This document shows positions 1-9,557 of a stretch of DNA of 64,000 nt, in pieces. The notes below the pieces were generated by a model, which did no database searches, was not told the origin of the DNA, and was given only the letters and a program-made list of their open reading frames with translations. Every line of letters begins with the position of its first letter. The first letter of the stretch is position 1. This stretch comes from Promethearchaeota archaeon (lineage in GTDB: Archaea; Asgardarchaeota; Lokiarchaeia; Sigyniarchaeales; SOKP01): contig JAEOTR010000006.1 of assembly GCA_016839705.1 (NCBI GenBank), positions 1 through 64,000 on the forward strand, written 5' to 3'. Both the position numbers and the translations under genes were made by a program.

Positions 1-1
1 A

Positions 2-3000
2 GTTACAGAAACAAATTTTACAGTATCTGCTACAGAAGACTTTTACATTTATATTGAAGTTTCATTAGAAAATTATGAAACCGAACTTATATCTTTAAAT
101 CCATCAGAATATATATCTGTGCAATGGGGCTCCCAGTTGAAGTTAAGGATAATGTTTAATGTGAGTAAAGCAATAGGGGCTGAACATTTATTAGGACCTA
201 GCTATAGCGATATAATGTCATATAAAATATTAAAAGGAGCAGATCTTATTCAAACTGGGAATTTGGGCATTGAAAAAGATTACAAGGGAACTCATTATTC
301 ATTTATCAATACAGAAAATTTAGAAAGCGATGTAACTTATTTAATATTTATTTCAGCTCAAAAATCGGGATATTCAATTCCTCAAGAATTGCTACTTCAA
401 TTGAGTATTCTGCAAAATGAGTTACTCCTCAATCAATCACAAAATGATGACTCAGTACAATCAGTTTATTGGTCAGACAATATTGACTTTTCGGTAAAAG
501 CTTATGGGGAAATTTCTGAAAGTTTTAGTACTGAAACGAACATTTTTCAAGATATCGATCATAATTTTAGATTTTCGCTCCCAGGTATTAACTCAAACTG
601 GAATTTATCGCAAATAACATTCAATATTTACAATATCTCATGGAATGTTAATGCATCTGATATTAATTTATCCATCCTAGATCCTTATGGTATCAATAGC
701 ATATTTAATACCTCTAATCATGCAGGATGGGATTATAATCTGGGAGTCTGGATAGGAATAACCCTAAATCTTGATAAAGAAAGCCCGACACACGATAATA
801 ACTTTGAATTCATTATTAGTGGAACATTTGATAACACAATAGACGTAATCGCCGATGCGTCCTTCATTAGAAATGATCTTAATGTTCAATACATGAAATA
901 TAACATCTCGGATACCATTTCTCTATTATCTGAATCTGAGGGGTGGGTAATTAAGAATATTACATTTCTAATTCAAAATTGCTACAATACTGCTACTTGG
1001 GAGAAAGTAAACTTATCCACCCTCACGAATTTAAATATCTCTACTGCGGATGGGTTTAAATATTCTCTTCAGTCTGGGGATGAAAATGGTAATGGGATAT
1101 TAATAATAGATGATAAAATTATATATCCCCTAGATAATCGATATCTATTTACTGTTGAAAGCAATCCAAATATTGTATTCGATGTGATTATTAAGGTTGA
1201 ACATATTCAAGCTTTTTATCAAAATAAGCACAGAGAAACTATTAACATATCATACATCCAGGAAAATATTCCTAATGGTGGAACTTATCAATTAAGTTTA
1301 ACAAATGATTGGGATGAAAAATACGCAGTTTTATTAATAAGTGGTATAAATAACAAAACTAAAACCTTTTCTCCTTCAGAGGTTGACATGAGCATTACAA
1401 TTGGAGGTCAAATATATACTGTGCTAAACACTCTTCCTGGACAAGGAATATTTTCGTTAAATGGCTTTAATAAAGATAGCTTATATTTAGCCTCAATTGA
1501 AACAAATCAACCAGTTAATTTCACCCTTTCTTTTAAAATCAGTTACGTAAGAACAGTTAACTACGCAACATTAGGGACAGTAACGTATGTTATGCAAGAA
1601 TCACCCGATATATTTGGAGTTGTAGATTATTATCCCAGTTTGGGAGAATTTTTATTAAGTATAGATACTTCGCTAGTAGATGCAGACTATTACACAATAA
1701 TTTTTGAAGTATTTAAAGAGAATTATAAGATAACTACAAAAGATTTGGATTTCATTATAATGAATCGCTTAACCTTAATAAATGGAGATTCGAAACTATA
1801 TAGAGAACTTGAATTCATTTATATTAAAGACGCAAGAAAGTTTACCTTTTTATATACAGATGCTTTGACAGGAAGTAGAATTACAGATTTAACAACTCAA
1901 TCTTTTATGTGGGAAAAATACGATATTGATGGAAATGTCACCGCTAATGGTAAAGGAACCTTAATTCAAGAAGATGAGGGATCTCTTGTTTTGGATTTTA
2001 ACTCTGAAATCAGAGCTGTTGGAGATTATCTGTTAATTGTTAATTTGGAGAAAGATAATTATGAGTATAAAAATGCTATGATTCTTCTAACAATTAAGAC
2101 AAGGTTTTTATCATATTCTTTAGGGAGTAATTTCAAAAATTATCAGATAAGTGTTGTTAAAGGTCATACAATCCCAATTCAAATAAACTTGACTGATCCT
2201 ACACAAGGAGGAATTCCATTAATTAATGCAACTCTTACGTTGAAAATTGACGGTAATGTTTATGAATTTGAACCACAGACAGGAAACCTAACTGGAATTT
2301 ATATATTTGAACTTTCAACTAGAAATATAAATACATTCTTTAGATCAAAAACTCTCACAGGAATTATCAATATTACCAGAGAGGATTACTTTTCAGAAGA
2401 GTTCTTAATCACAATTACAGTTGAAATGGAAGAGATATTCCCAGGTATGCCGACTTTTTACTTTTTAATAATCTTATTTGCTATTCTCGCAACTGTTGGA
2501 AGCATAGTAGGCTATAGGGTATATAAGCATGCGACAATTCCAACTTTTGTTAAAAATGTAAGACAGATGCAAAAGGAAATTAAAGGTAACAAATCGATCT
2601 CAGAATCCTTGCTATATCAAACAAAAGAAGTTTTTGTTGGTGAGATAGTGAGAGATAAATGGGGGAGTATTGGACTTTCACTGGGAGATATATTAGGAAT
2701 TGAAATTAAAAAAAGCAAAAAGTTACCTAAACTAAAACAGGCCATCTCAGAAGAAGAAGATTATCTAAAACCATTGGGACTAATTTTGATGAAATGGGAT
2801 GAGAGAATTGGAACAGAGCTCATAGCAAAATACCCAGAAGATATTAATGTTTCAGAAAAAACTCTGATGCAAATATACGGAACACATGAATATAGTGGTG
2901 AAAAGGGTTTAGTTTCATTAATTAGGGCTAATCTAAACGTCTTATCGTATTATACTGGTCCGGAATCAGCTTATTATGTTATTTTAATTTTAAATATTGA

Positions 3001-3859
3001 TGATGATCCTGATATATATGAAGGAGCATTGCCAAATGTCGCACAAGTGATTCTTCAAAACCTTGATGATGATTCATATCTACAGATGGTTCCTTCACTT
3101 TTCCAGCGTTTATCGGTTTATCCTTCTCTTACTCATGAACAGAATTTGATCTACTATTATCAAGATGATATCAAACGAATGATGATTAATATCTTAAGAG
3201 ATTACGGAGTAATTACGAAATCAGAGTTGAAAATATGGGTAAGAGAAAGTGAATTAGAAGGTATTATCGATCTAGAAGCGATTTTAGCTGACCTTATTAA
3301 GATTGATTTAATAAAAGTAACTTCAGTAAAAGGAATTCCTTCCGAGCTTATCTTTCTTACAAAAGAGATTTTCATGCTAAGGCTACCTCCTGAAACATTA
3401 TTTAATGATCCCGTGAATCATGGCTTACCAGCACAACTTAAAAAGTTTTATCAAGAAGAAGTTCAGAAATTCTTCAATGAATATCAACCAACCGAAGAGG
3501 ATAATATTGAGCTTCTCTCCATTTTAATTGATCCTGAAGTATATGAAACAATCCGTTTATTGAGAATTGCCATAGTTACGATGAAAGATTTTGAAAAATT
3601 AAAAAATAAAGGAGTCAGTGATATTTATGGTGTACTAAAGAAGCTATGGGATACAAATATGATTAGAGTCTTCAAGGATGAGAATGGAATAGAATATTAT
3701 ACACTCCTTACAGACTTTTATATTGACATATTTTTTCCCAAATATCTTTTAAACGTTATTAAGAGAACACATGAACAAAAATCTAAAACAGATAAAGTAT
3801 TACTAAAATATCTTAGTTTACTTGAAGATATGTATACTATTTCAAAATCAAAAGACTAA
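2..3859 (+). CDS. Giant single-pass surface protein (5'-partial) with Ig-like ectodomain and cytoplasmic uDENN/longin-like + winged-helix tail
   Basis: Frame is open from base 2 (VTETNFTVS...), so the gene starts outside the window. Ectodomain is beta-rich with many N-x-S/T sequons. TM FYFLIILFAILATVGSIVGY (~2450-2520). Cytoplasmic LGLILMKWDERIGTELIAKYP longin-like start, then two wHTH-like segments. Confidence 0.8.
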   Translation, partial: VTETNFTVSATEDFYIYIEVSLENYETELISLNPSEYISVQWGSQLKLRIMFNVSKAIGAEHLLGPSYSDIMSYKILKGADLIQTGNLGIEKDYKGTHYSFINTENLESDVTYLIFISAQKSGYSIPQELLLQLSILQNELLLNQSQNDDSVQSVYWSDNIDFSVKAYGEISESFSTETNIFQDIDHNFRFSLPGINSNWNLSQITFNIYNISWNVNASDINLSILDPYGINSIFNTSNHAGWDYNLGVWIGITLNLDKESPTHDNNFEFIISGTFDNTIDVIADASFIRNDLNVQYMKYNISDTISLLSESEGWVIKNITFLIQNCYNTATWEKVNLSTLTNLNISTADGFKYSLQSGDENGNGILIIDDKIIYPLDNRYLFTVESNPNIVFDVIIKVEHIQAFYQNKHRETINISYIQENIPNGGTYQLSLTNDWDEKYAVLLISGINNKTKTFSPSEVDMSITIGGQIYTVLNTLPGQGIFSLNGFNKDSLYLASIETNQPVNFTLSFKISYVRTVNYATLGTVTYVMQESPDIFGVVDYYPSLGEFLLSIDTSLVDADYYTIIFEVFKENYKITTKDLDFIIMNRLTLINGDSKLYRELEFIYIKDARKFTFLYTDALTGSRITDLTTQSFMWEKYDIDGNVTANGKGTLIQEDEGSLVLDFNSEIRAVGDYLLIVNLEKDNYEYKNAMILLTIKTRFLSYSLGSNFKNYQISVVKGHTIPIQINLTDPTQGGIPLINATLTLKIDGNVYEFEPQTGNLTGIYIFELSTRNINTFFRSKTLTGIINITREDYFSEEFLITITVEMEEIFPGMPTFYFLIILFAILATVGSIVGYRVYKHATIPTFVKNVRQMQKEIKGNKSISESLLYQTKEVFVGEIVRDKWGSIGLSLGDILGIEIKKSKKLPKLKQAISEEEDYLKPLGLILMKWDERIGTELIAKYPEDINVSEKTLMQIYGTHEYSGEKGLVSLIRANLNVLSYYTGPESAYYVILILNIDDDPDIYEGALPNVAQVILQNLDDDSYLQMVPSLFQRLSVYPSLTHEQNLIYYYQDDIKRMMINILRDYGVITKSELKIWVRESELEGIIDLEAILADLIKIDLIKVTSVKGIPSELIFLTKEIFMLRLPPETLFNDPVNHGLPAQLKKFYQEEVQKFFNEYQPTEEDNIELLSILIDPEVYETIRLLRIAIVTMKDFEKLKNKGVSDIYGVLKKLWDTNMIRVFKDENGIEYYTLLTDFYIDIFFPKYLLNVIKRTHEQKSKTDKVLLKYLSLLEDMYTISKSKD

Positions 3860-3865
3860 ATAATA

Positions 3866-3929
3866 TTTAATTTTAGTTTTTATATTTTTTTATATATTTT
3901 TTTTATATTTTTTTATAAGTTTTATTTTT
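3866..3929 (+). terminator. Oligo-T/low-complexity tract, probable archaeal terminator
   Basis: Repeated T6-8ATA runs directly after the stop codon at 3859. Confidence 0.55.
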
Positions 3930-4127
3930 CGTCAATTTTCATATGGGTAAAGTCCATCCACTGAATTTAAAAGGACTTCAAAAATCTTGCAAAAGAATTT
4001 AAGATCTCTTCTTAAAGGAAAGATTCCTAAGACTTGAATATGTTATGAAAAAAGAAAGGATAACGATGATTTCACGAAAGTTAATAGAGTAAAATAGGAG
4101 TAGAAAACATTAGAAATTATCTTGTAC

Positions 4128-5219
4128 TTAAATCCATTTTTTCTTTCTAAAGAACCAGACCATTGATAGGGCAATAATTATCATTATAAATATAATTAAT
4201 GGATAAGCAAATGGGGTTGAAAATTCTGGGATATATACAAAATTCATCCCATAAAATCCCGCTAAAAATGATAATGGAATAAAAATTGTAGAGATCATTG
4301 TTAAAACTTTCATTATATCATTCATTTTGTTACTTACGCTGGAAAGATACATATCTAACATTCCAAAAATAATATCACGATAATTATCTAAGAGATCACT
4401 AATTCTAAAAATATGATCATATATATCTCTTAGATAAATTTGCATCTCATCTTCAATCAAATTTGATTGCTCACGCTGCAGTTTATTGATTACTTCTCTT
4501 ATTGGCCAAATTGATTTTCTTAACTCAATAGAAGATCTTTTCAATCCATAAATTTGTTGTAGAGTTTCGGGTTCAGGATTCTTAATCAAAACATCTTCAA
4601 TGTTTTCTATTTCCTCGCCTACCTTTTCTATTACAATGAAATAATTATCAACAATAATATCAATTAAAACATAAAATAGATAATCTGCCCCCATTAATCG
4701 AACTCTTCCTTTTGGAACTTGTATCCTTTCATAAATAGGATTGAAAAAGTTAGTATCACGCTCTTGGAATGATATTACGTAATTTTCTCCTAAAATCAAA
4801 CTTATTTGTTCAAATTCAAATTCCCCTTTATCTTGATTCCAACCTAACCTTTTAAATACTGCAAAAATATAGTTTCCATAATCTTCCAATTTAGGTCGTT
4901 GATTCGGGTTCAAGATGTCTTCTAAAACAAGTGGATGTAAACTAAAATGACGGCCAATCTCTTCAATAACGTCTACTTGATTAAGACCATATATATCAAT
5001 CCATCTAATTAACAGTTTTTCAATTTTAGTAAAATCTATCTGAATGTCTGTAAATTCTTGTAAATTAAAATAGTCTTCAGTGTAATCTGTTACTTTTATT
5101 TTAGTTTTTTCTTCTACTATATCCCCTGTATAAATTAGAGTTCCTGGAGGAAGACCAACTTTTTTCTTCTTTTTACTTGAAGGACTTGCTTTTCTAAGGG
5201 ATTTAGAAAATAACCTCAA
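4128..5219 (-). CDS. corA: Magnesium/cobalt transporter CorA
   Basis: GLPPGTLIY N-terminus, LHPLVLEDI, QRPKLEDY, GFYGMNF signature, two C-terminal TMs. Confidence 0.95.
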   Translation of the reverse strand: MRLFSKSLRKASPSSKKKKKVGLPPGTLIYTGDIVEEKTKIKVTDYTEDYFNLQEFTDIQIDFTKIEKLLIRWIDIYGLNQVDVIEEIGRHFSLHPLVLEDILNPNQRPKLEDYGNYIFAVFKRLGWNQDKGEFEFEQISLILGENYVISFQERDTNFFNPIYERIQVPKGRVRLMGADYLFYVLIDIIVDNYFIVIEKVGEEIENIEDVLIKNPEPETLQQIYGLKRSSIELRKSIWPIREVINKLQREQSNLIEDEMQIYLRDIYDHIFRISDLLDNYRDIIFGMLDMYLSSVSNKMNDIMKVLTMISTIFIPLSFLAGFYGMNFVYIPEFSTPFAYPLIIFIMIIIALSMVWFFRKKKWI

Positions 5220-5339
5220 ATTATTTCACTTAAACGCCAAAAAGTTAATTTTAACTAATAATTTAGTAAACTAACTTTTAAAATAAAAGTTTTCTTATAT
5301 TTTTTTTAATAAAATCTCCATTCTCTAAATAATAAAACC

Positions 5340-6275
5340 TTGGAGAAAAGTTATCGAATGAAAAGAATTTATAAAATAGTCATATGGACATCAATTATAG
5401 GAATTATTGTATTAGTTTATTTTTATTTTGGATTTAAACAATTATTAGTAAATATAATACTTTTAAATTTGGTTGCTTATGTCTTAAGGTCAATATTTAT
5501 TGATATATCTCATAGCTTGATTAAAAACTTATTATTTCGTTATTTAATCATGATAATTATAAATGCAATATGGTTATTATTCCCCTTTTGGTTGCTTTTT
5601 ATTATTTCAGATATTTTATTTGTAGCAATTATTTCTTTTCTGGTTGTAGCAATAGCTCTAACGTTTCAAAATATAATTAGTAATATTGCCTCAGGAGTAA
5701 TGCTTTTATCATCAGAAGGCTTTGAAGCCGGTGATTTAATTGAAACAAATGGAATTCAGGGTATTGTAAAAGAGATAACATTAAATAGTTTGAAGTTAGA
5801 GGATTTTGATGGATCTACCACATTTATTCCTAATAAAAATGCATTCAACTCATCAGTAGTCCGTTATACTCATAAACCTATTGAAAAGGAAAAAAAAATA
5901 GAAATTTCTAAAGTAGTAAAAAAAATCAGTAAAATGATAACTGGGGAAAAAAAAATAACTCGTTATATCAAAGTAGTTGAACTTTTAGATACTATAAATT
6001 CAGATAAACTTGATGAATTACTAACTCCAATCTTCGAGAAATATGAACCCATATTTGGGAAAAAACCTTTTTTTTATGCAAATAAGACTGTTAGTGGGAT
6101 TGTAAATCGTTTAAGTATCACTATTCAAATTATTACAGAGGACCCAAATTTAATTTTGACTTACACAGACCCTTTACTCAAGGAAATTCTTTTTAAAATA
6201 TATGATAAAGAAATTAATTTTGGATGGAACGATAAAGAAAAAGATTGTCTAGGAAATAGTCTTGAGGAGGATTGA
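5340..6275 (+). CDS. mscS: MscS-family small-conductance mechanosensitive channel
   Basis: N-terminal TMs, QNIISNIASGVMLL, FEAGDLIE..G.V.EI, IPN motif. Confidence 0.8.
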   Translation: MEKSYRMKRIYKIVIWTSIIGIIVLVYFYFGFKQLLVNIILLNLVAYVLRSIFIDISHSLIKNLLFRYLIMIIINAIWLLFPFWLLFIISDILFVAIISFLVVAIALTFQNIISNIASGVMLLSSEGFEAGDLIETNGIQGIVKEITLNSLKLEDFDGSTTFIPNKNAFNSSVVRYTHKPIEKEKKIEISKVVKKISKMITGEKKITRYIKVVELLDTINSDKLDELLTPIFEKYEPIFGKKPFFYANKTVSGIVNRLSITIQIITEDPNLILTYTDPLLKEILFKIYDKEINFGWNDKEKDCLGNSLEED

Positions 6276-7189
6276 AAACGGTATTATTTAATTCAGATTT
6301 GGAAGCATTAATATATCTTTTAATTATCGGGATAGGTTTTTACCTCTTAAATAAGATAATTAATGCAACATTTGGGAAAAGTGAAAAAGTACCTTTAAAA
6401 CAGAAAATCATCGTTAATTTTACTGTAAAAATTGTGACTGTTCTTGTAATAGTGTTCTTTATTATTGAGGGTTTTCCACTCGTTTCTTCGATTGATCCAA
6501 CTGGAACATATACAGCAGTACTTACTGGAGCAATTAGTACCGCAATCGCCTTCGCTTCTAGCAGTATATTTGCAAATTTTATTTCAGGTATTGTTTTAAT
6601 GCTAATAAGACCTTTTGAAGTTGAAGATTTAGTCAAAATTGAAGGAGATAAAGGTATTGTACGAGCGATAAATTTAACAAAAGTGAAGCTAGAGACATTT
6701 GATAATATAATAATCGAAAAATCAAATAGTCAAGTTCTTTATTCTAAAATTGCTAATTATACTGTAAAACTTGGGAAGAAAAAAACTTTTGAAGATTTTA
6801 AAAGTAAGATATTTGCACCTCAAGATACGGGATTTAAAGATATGTATGAAGATATTTTGAATTCCAAAAAAGAATTTGAAAATAACTTAAAAAGAGCCTA
6901 TGAGTCCTTTTCAACTAAATACTATCCAAAATTATACAATTATACTTTTAGAATGGCTTTTCCTTATAAAGGATTTCGAGTGATCATCGATAAAGTGGCA
7001 AAACTGTGTGATTTGTATAATCAGAAGAATATTTTTCGGATTAAACCCCAATTTGATGTAGTAAATTTTAATATAAGCATTATTGTTAAATTTCGATTAT
7101 TAACATTTAGTTCACAGAAAATATTTGATTTTCAACCTAAATTTGCCAATGATGTCTATAATATCATTTATAAATATAGATGTTCTTAA
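6272..7189 (+). CDS. mscS: MscS-family mechanosensitive channel (second, overlapping paralog)
   Basis: 3 TMs, FANFISGIVLMLIRPFEVEDLVKI..G.V. 4-bp overlap with the previous gene. Confidence 0.8.
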   Translation: MKTVLFNSDLEALIYLLIIGIGFYLLNKIINATFGKSEKVPLKQKIIVNFTVKIVTVLVIVFFIIEGFPLVSSIDPTGTYTAVLTGAISTAIAFASSSIFANFISGIVLMLIRPFEVEDLVKIEGDKGIVRAINLTKVKLETFDNIIIEKSNSQVLYSKIANYTVKLGKKKTFEDFKSKIFAPQDTGFKDMYEDILNSKKEFENNLKRAYESFSTKYYPKLYNYTFRMAFPYKGFRVIIDKVAKLCDLYNQKNIFRIKPQFDVVNFNISIIVKFRLLTFSSQKIFDFQPKFANDVYNIIYKYRCS

Positions 7190-7222
7190 AGATCGCTGAA
7201 TTCGCAAATTTTATTTCAGAGA

Positions 7223-9043
7223 TTATTGCAAATCATCCTTTTCTGCTTTTATATCTCCGTCTATTTCCAGTAGTTTTGAACCACAGCTCTCACAGTATAT
7301 AGTTAAACCCTTTACCAATTTTCTCACGAGTTCTAAGGGTAAATTATCCTCGCACTCAGGACAACATTGGGGATTTACAGCATTTTCAAATTCAGACATT
7401 ATAGAAGGGGTCATATCTTCATCTTCAGCAAAGATATTTACTTTTAAAACTGATTCCTGCTCATTTTGATTTCCTTTTAAAGTTAGTTTCAATCCAACAG
7501 AACGCTTGTTAAAAGATCCTTCAGCAAAACCTTTGATAGTTCCGAAAAATTTTCCCTCTATTTCTTGAGATTTCGCATCGATTATTGCGAAGTTCTTCGT
7601 TTTCAGTAAACTAGATAATTTATGATATAATTCTTCAGCGCCGCTAGGGATGGTAAATTCCTCATCATTTCTTTTAAATGTAAGAAGATCATTAGTAAGA
7701 TTCTCAAATTCCTCGTTAGAAACAATTTTTGGTTTTAATAATCCACATATCATTCTAATATCGTGCGGTTCTACATTAATGGTTTCAATTTGATCTTCTT
7801 CATTAATGAAGTTAATAAAGGAATGAATTGTTCCTCTAATGCAGTCTTTATTTGGTTTAAAGATGAAGGAAGGACTTACAAATCCACCCCCCTTTGAAAT
7901 CTTACTAAATTTAGCTCTATCAGGAGGGGATTCTGAATGTCCATCTATTCGAGATAAAATTAGGCTCTCTTCTGGATATGAATGGATATAAATATTAACA
8001 TCAGTTATATTATACTTTCCATTGTTAATCACCTTAATTTTAAAGACATATTCCCCTCCTTCTATTTGGCCCCCTCTAAGAACACGAACTGTTTGTGAAT
8101 CTACTTCTGCTTTAGAAGGTTCTAACATGCTTGGTTCGGGTCGAATCTCTTCAGTTGTAGTAACCTTAGGTTCTGGTTCTTGAGGTTCAGTATCTTCAAT
8201 AATTTCTTTTAACTTACCTTTTTCTAGCTTAAGCAGTATAATTTTATCTTTTGAAGCTGTTACCAATAATATAACTTTTTCATATCCTGCTTCTATTGTA
8301 TAAGTATCAAGACAGTTAATTTTTGATCCTAAGTTATATCCTCCCACATTTTCCTTATCTGAATTAATTATTTCTAGTAATCCAGTATTATGACCAATTA
8401 TCATTAGAGTTTGATCATAGAAATTGCACAATCCTAAGCTTGTAGGCTGGTTTTTAGATTGATATACCAACTCTGAATTCCCCTCATTATCAATATTAAG
8501 TACACTTCCGGATTTAAGTAGTAGATAAATCTTTCCTACAAACTCATCTGAAAAATTACCAATGGCACAATCTACAATTGGTTCGGGAGCTTTAAGTTCA
8601 ATAAACCTATTCCCTTCATTATCTAATCCTATTAATTGTTGATTTTCTAAACCAACTATAATTTCTTCTCTATTATCACCAAGTAAGTCCCCCGTTTCCA
8701 TACATATGATAGGAACTTTTAAGTTTGTGGACCAGATAGGATTTCCTTTTGAATCCATTACGTAGATGTTTCCATCTATTGCTCCTGAAATTAATTCTAT
8801 TCTATTTTCCTGGCTAATAGAAGCAATTTTAAACGTTGTTATATTTGATGAGAATTCAGTGAGAAATACTTCATTACCTTTTAAATCAAAAGCTTTCATT
8901 TCAGCACTAAATGAACACCCAATGATTTCGGGCTCTGAATCTCCTAATAGATTTGCAATTATACAAGAATATACCGTTCTCTTAAATTGACGACTCCAGA
9001 CGGACTTTACTTTAACTAATTGTATAGCCATTTCATATCTCAA
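7223..9043 (-). CDS. FG-GAP-like beta-propeller + adaptin-appendage-like (Ig sandwich + platform) + Zn-ribbon protein
   Basis: Six ~43-aa blades (GDLLGDNREEIIVG; ...DxxGN ends), Pro/Glu linker, Ig-like VRVLRGG...KIKVIN domain, LLKPKIVSNEEF platform entry, CPEC...CESCG. Confidence 0.7.
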   Translation of the reverse strand: MRYEMAIQLVKVKSVWSRQFKRTVYSCIIANLLGDSEPEIIGCSFSAEMKAFDLKGNEVFLTEFSSNITTFKIASISQENRIELISGAIDGNIYVMDSKGNPIWSTNLKVPIICMETGDLLGDNREEIIVGLENQQLIGLDNEGNRFIELKAPEPIVDCAIGNFSDEFVGKIYLLLKSGSVLNIDNEGNSELVYQSKNQPTSLGLCNFYDQTLMIIGHNTGLLEIINSDKENVGGYNLGSKINCLDTYTIEAGYEKVILLVTASKDKIILLKLEKGKLKEIIEDTEPQEPEPKVTTTEEIRPEPSMLEPSKAEVDSQTVRVLRGGQIEGGEYVFKIKVINNGKYNITDVNIYIHSYPEESLILSRIDGHSESPPDRAKFSKISKGGGFVSPSFIFKPNKDCIRGTIHSFINFINEEDQIETINVEPHDIRMICGLLKPKIVSNEEFENLTNDLLTFKRNDEEFTIPSGAEELYHKLSSLLKTKNFAIIDAKSQEIEGKFFGTIKGFAEGSFNKRSVGLKLTLKGNQNEQESVLKVNIFAEDEDMTPSIMSEFENAVNPQCCPECEDNLPLELVRKLVKGLTIYCESCGSKLLEIDGDIKAEKDDLQ

Positions 9044-9108
9044 ATGAAAATTCGATTCTATTATTTATATAATAATATCCGGATTTTAGTATTTTCACTT
9101 CTTCGTGG

Positions 9109-9555
9109 CTATTCTTTATCTACATCCTCTTTAACTCGATTAACCAATTTCTTAAATGCTTCTGTTAAATTCCCTAATTCTGTTTCCTGGGTTGCTATTT
9201 CTTTATCAAAATCTGTAGCTATCTCTTGGAAAGATACAGTTTTTAGATCGTGTGTACAGAGTTTTAATGCTATGTTTGTTAATTTTTGAATTGGTTTTAC
9301 CACAGAATCTGCGAGTTTTAAACCCACGAAAAGGCTTATTACGATGATTTCCCAAAGGGTTACAAGTATAATTGCAGACTGTATCTCAATATTGGCAAGA
9401 AATTCTTCTGAAGCTCCAGTGATACTGTTACCTATAATATTATTAAATACAATGGCAATAATAGCAATAGTTCCTAATGCTATCACGTTTAAAATAATAA
9501 AGCTTAATAGAATTTCCTTCCTTATTCCGGATTTTCGTTTCTTTTCTTGAGCCAT
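9109..9555 (-). CDS. Small 2-TM HAMP-domain protein without output domain
   Basis: Two hydrophobic helices, then VVKPIQKLT...[19 protein letters not shown] pattern, then stop. Confidence 0.75.
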   Translation of the reverse strand: MAQEKKRKSGIRKEILLSFIILNVIALGTIAIIAIVFNNIIGNSITGASEEFLANIEIQSAIILVTLWEIIVISLFVGLKLADSVVKPIQKLTNIALKLCTHDLKTVSFQEIATDFDKEIATQETELGNLTEAFKKLVNRVKEDVDKE

Positions 9556-9557
9556 TT

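Noticed and set aside
3943-4092. Possible small gene or pseudogene (MGKVHPLNL...*DLFLKERF...)
   Set aside because: Interrupted by a stop, with no recognisable homology.
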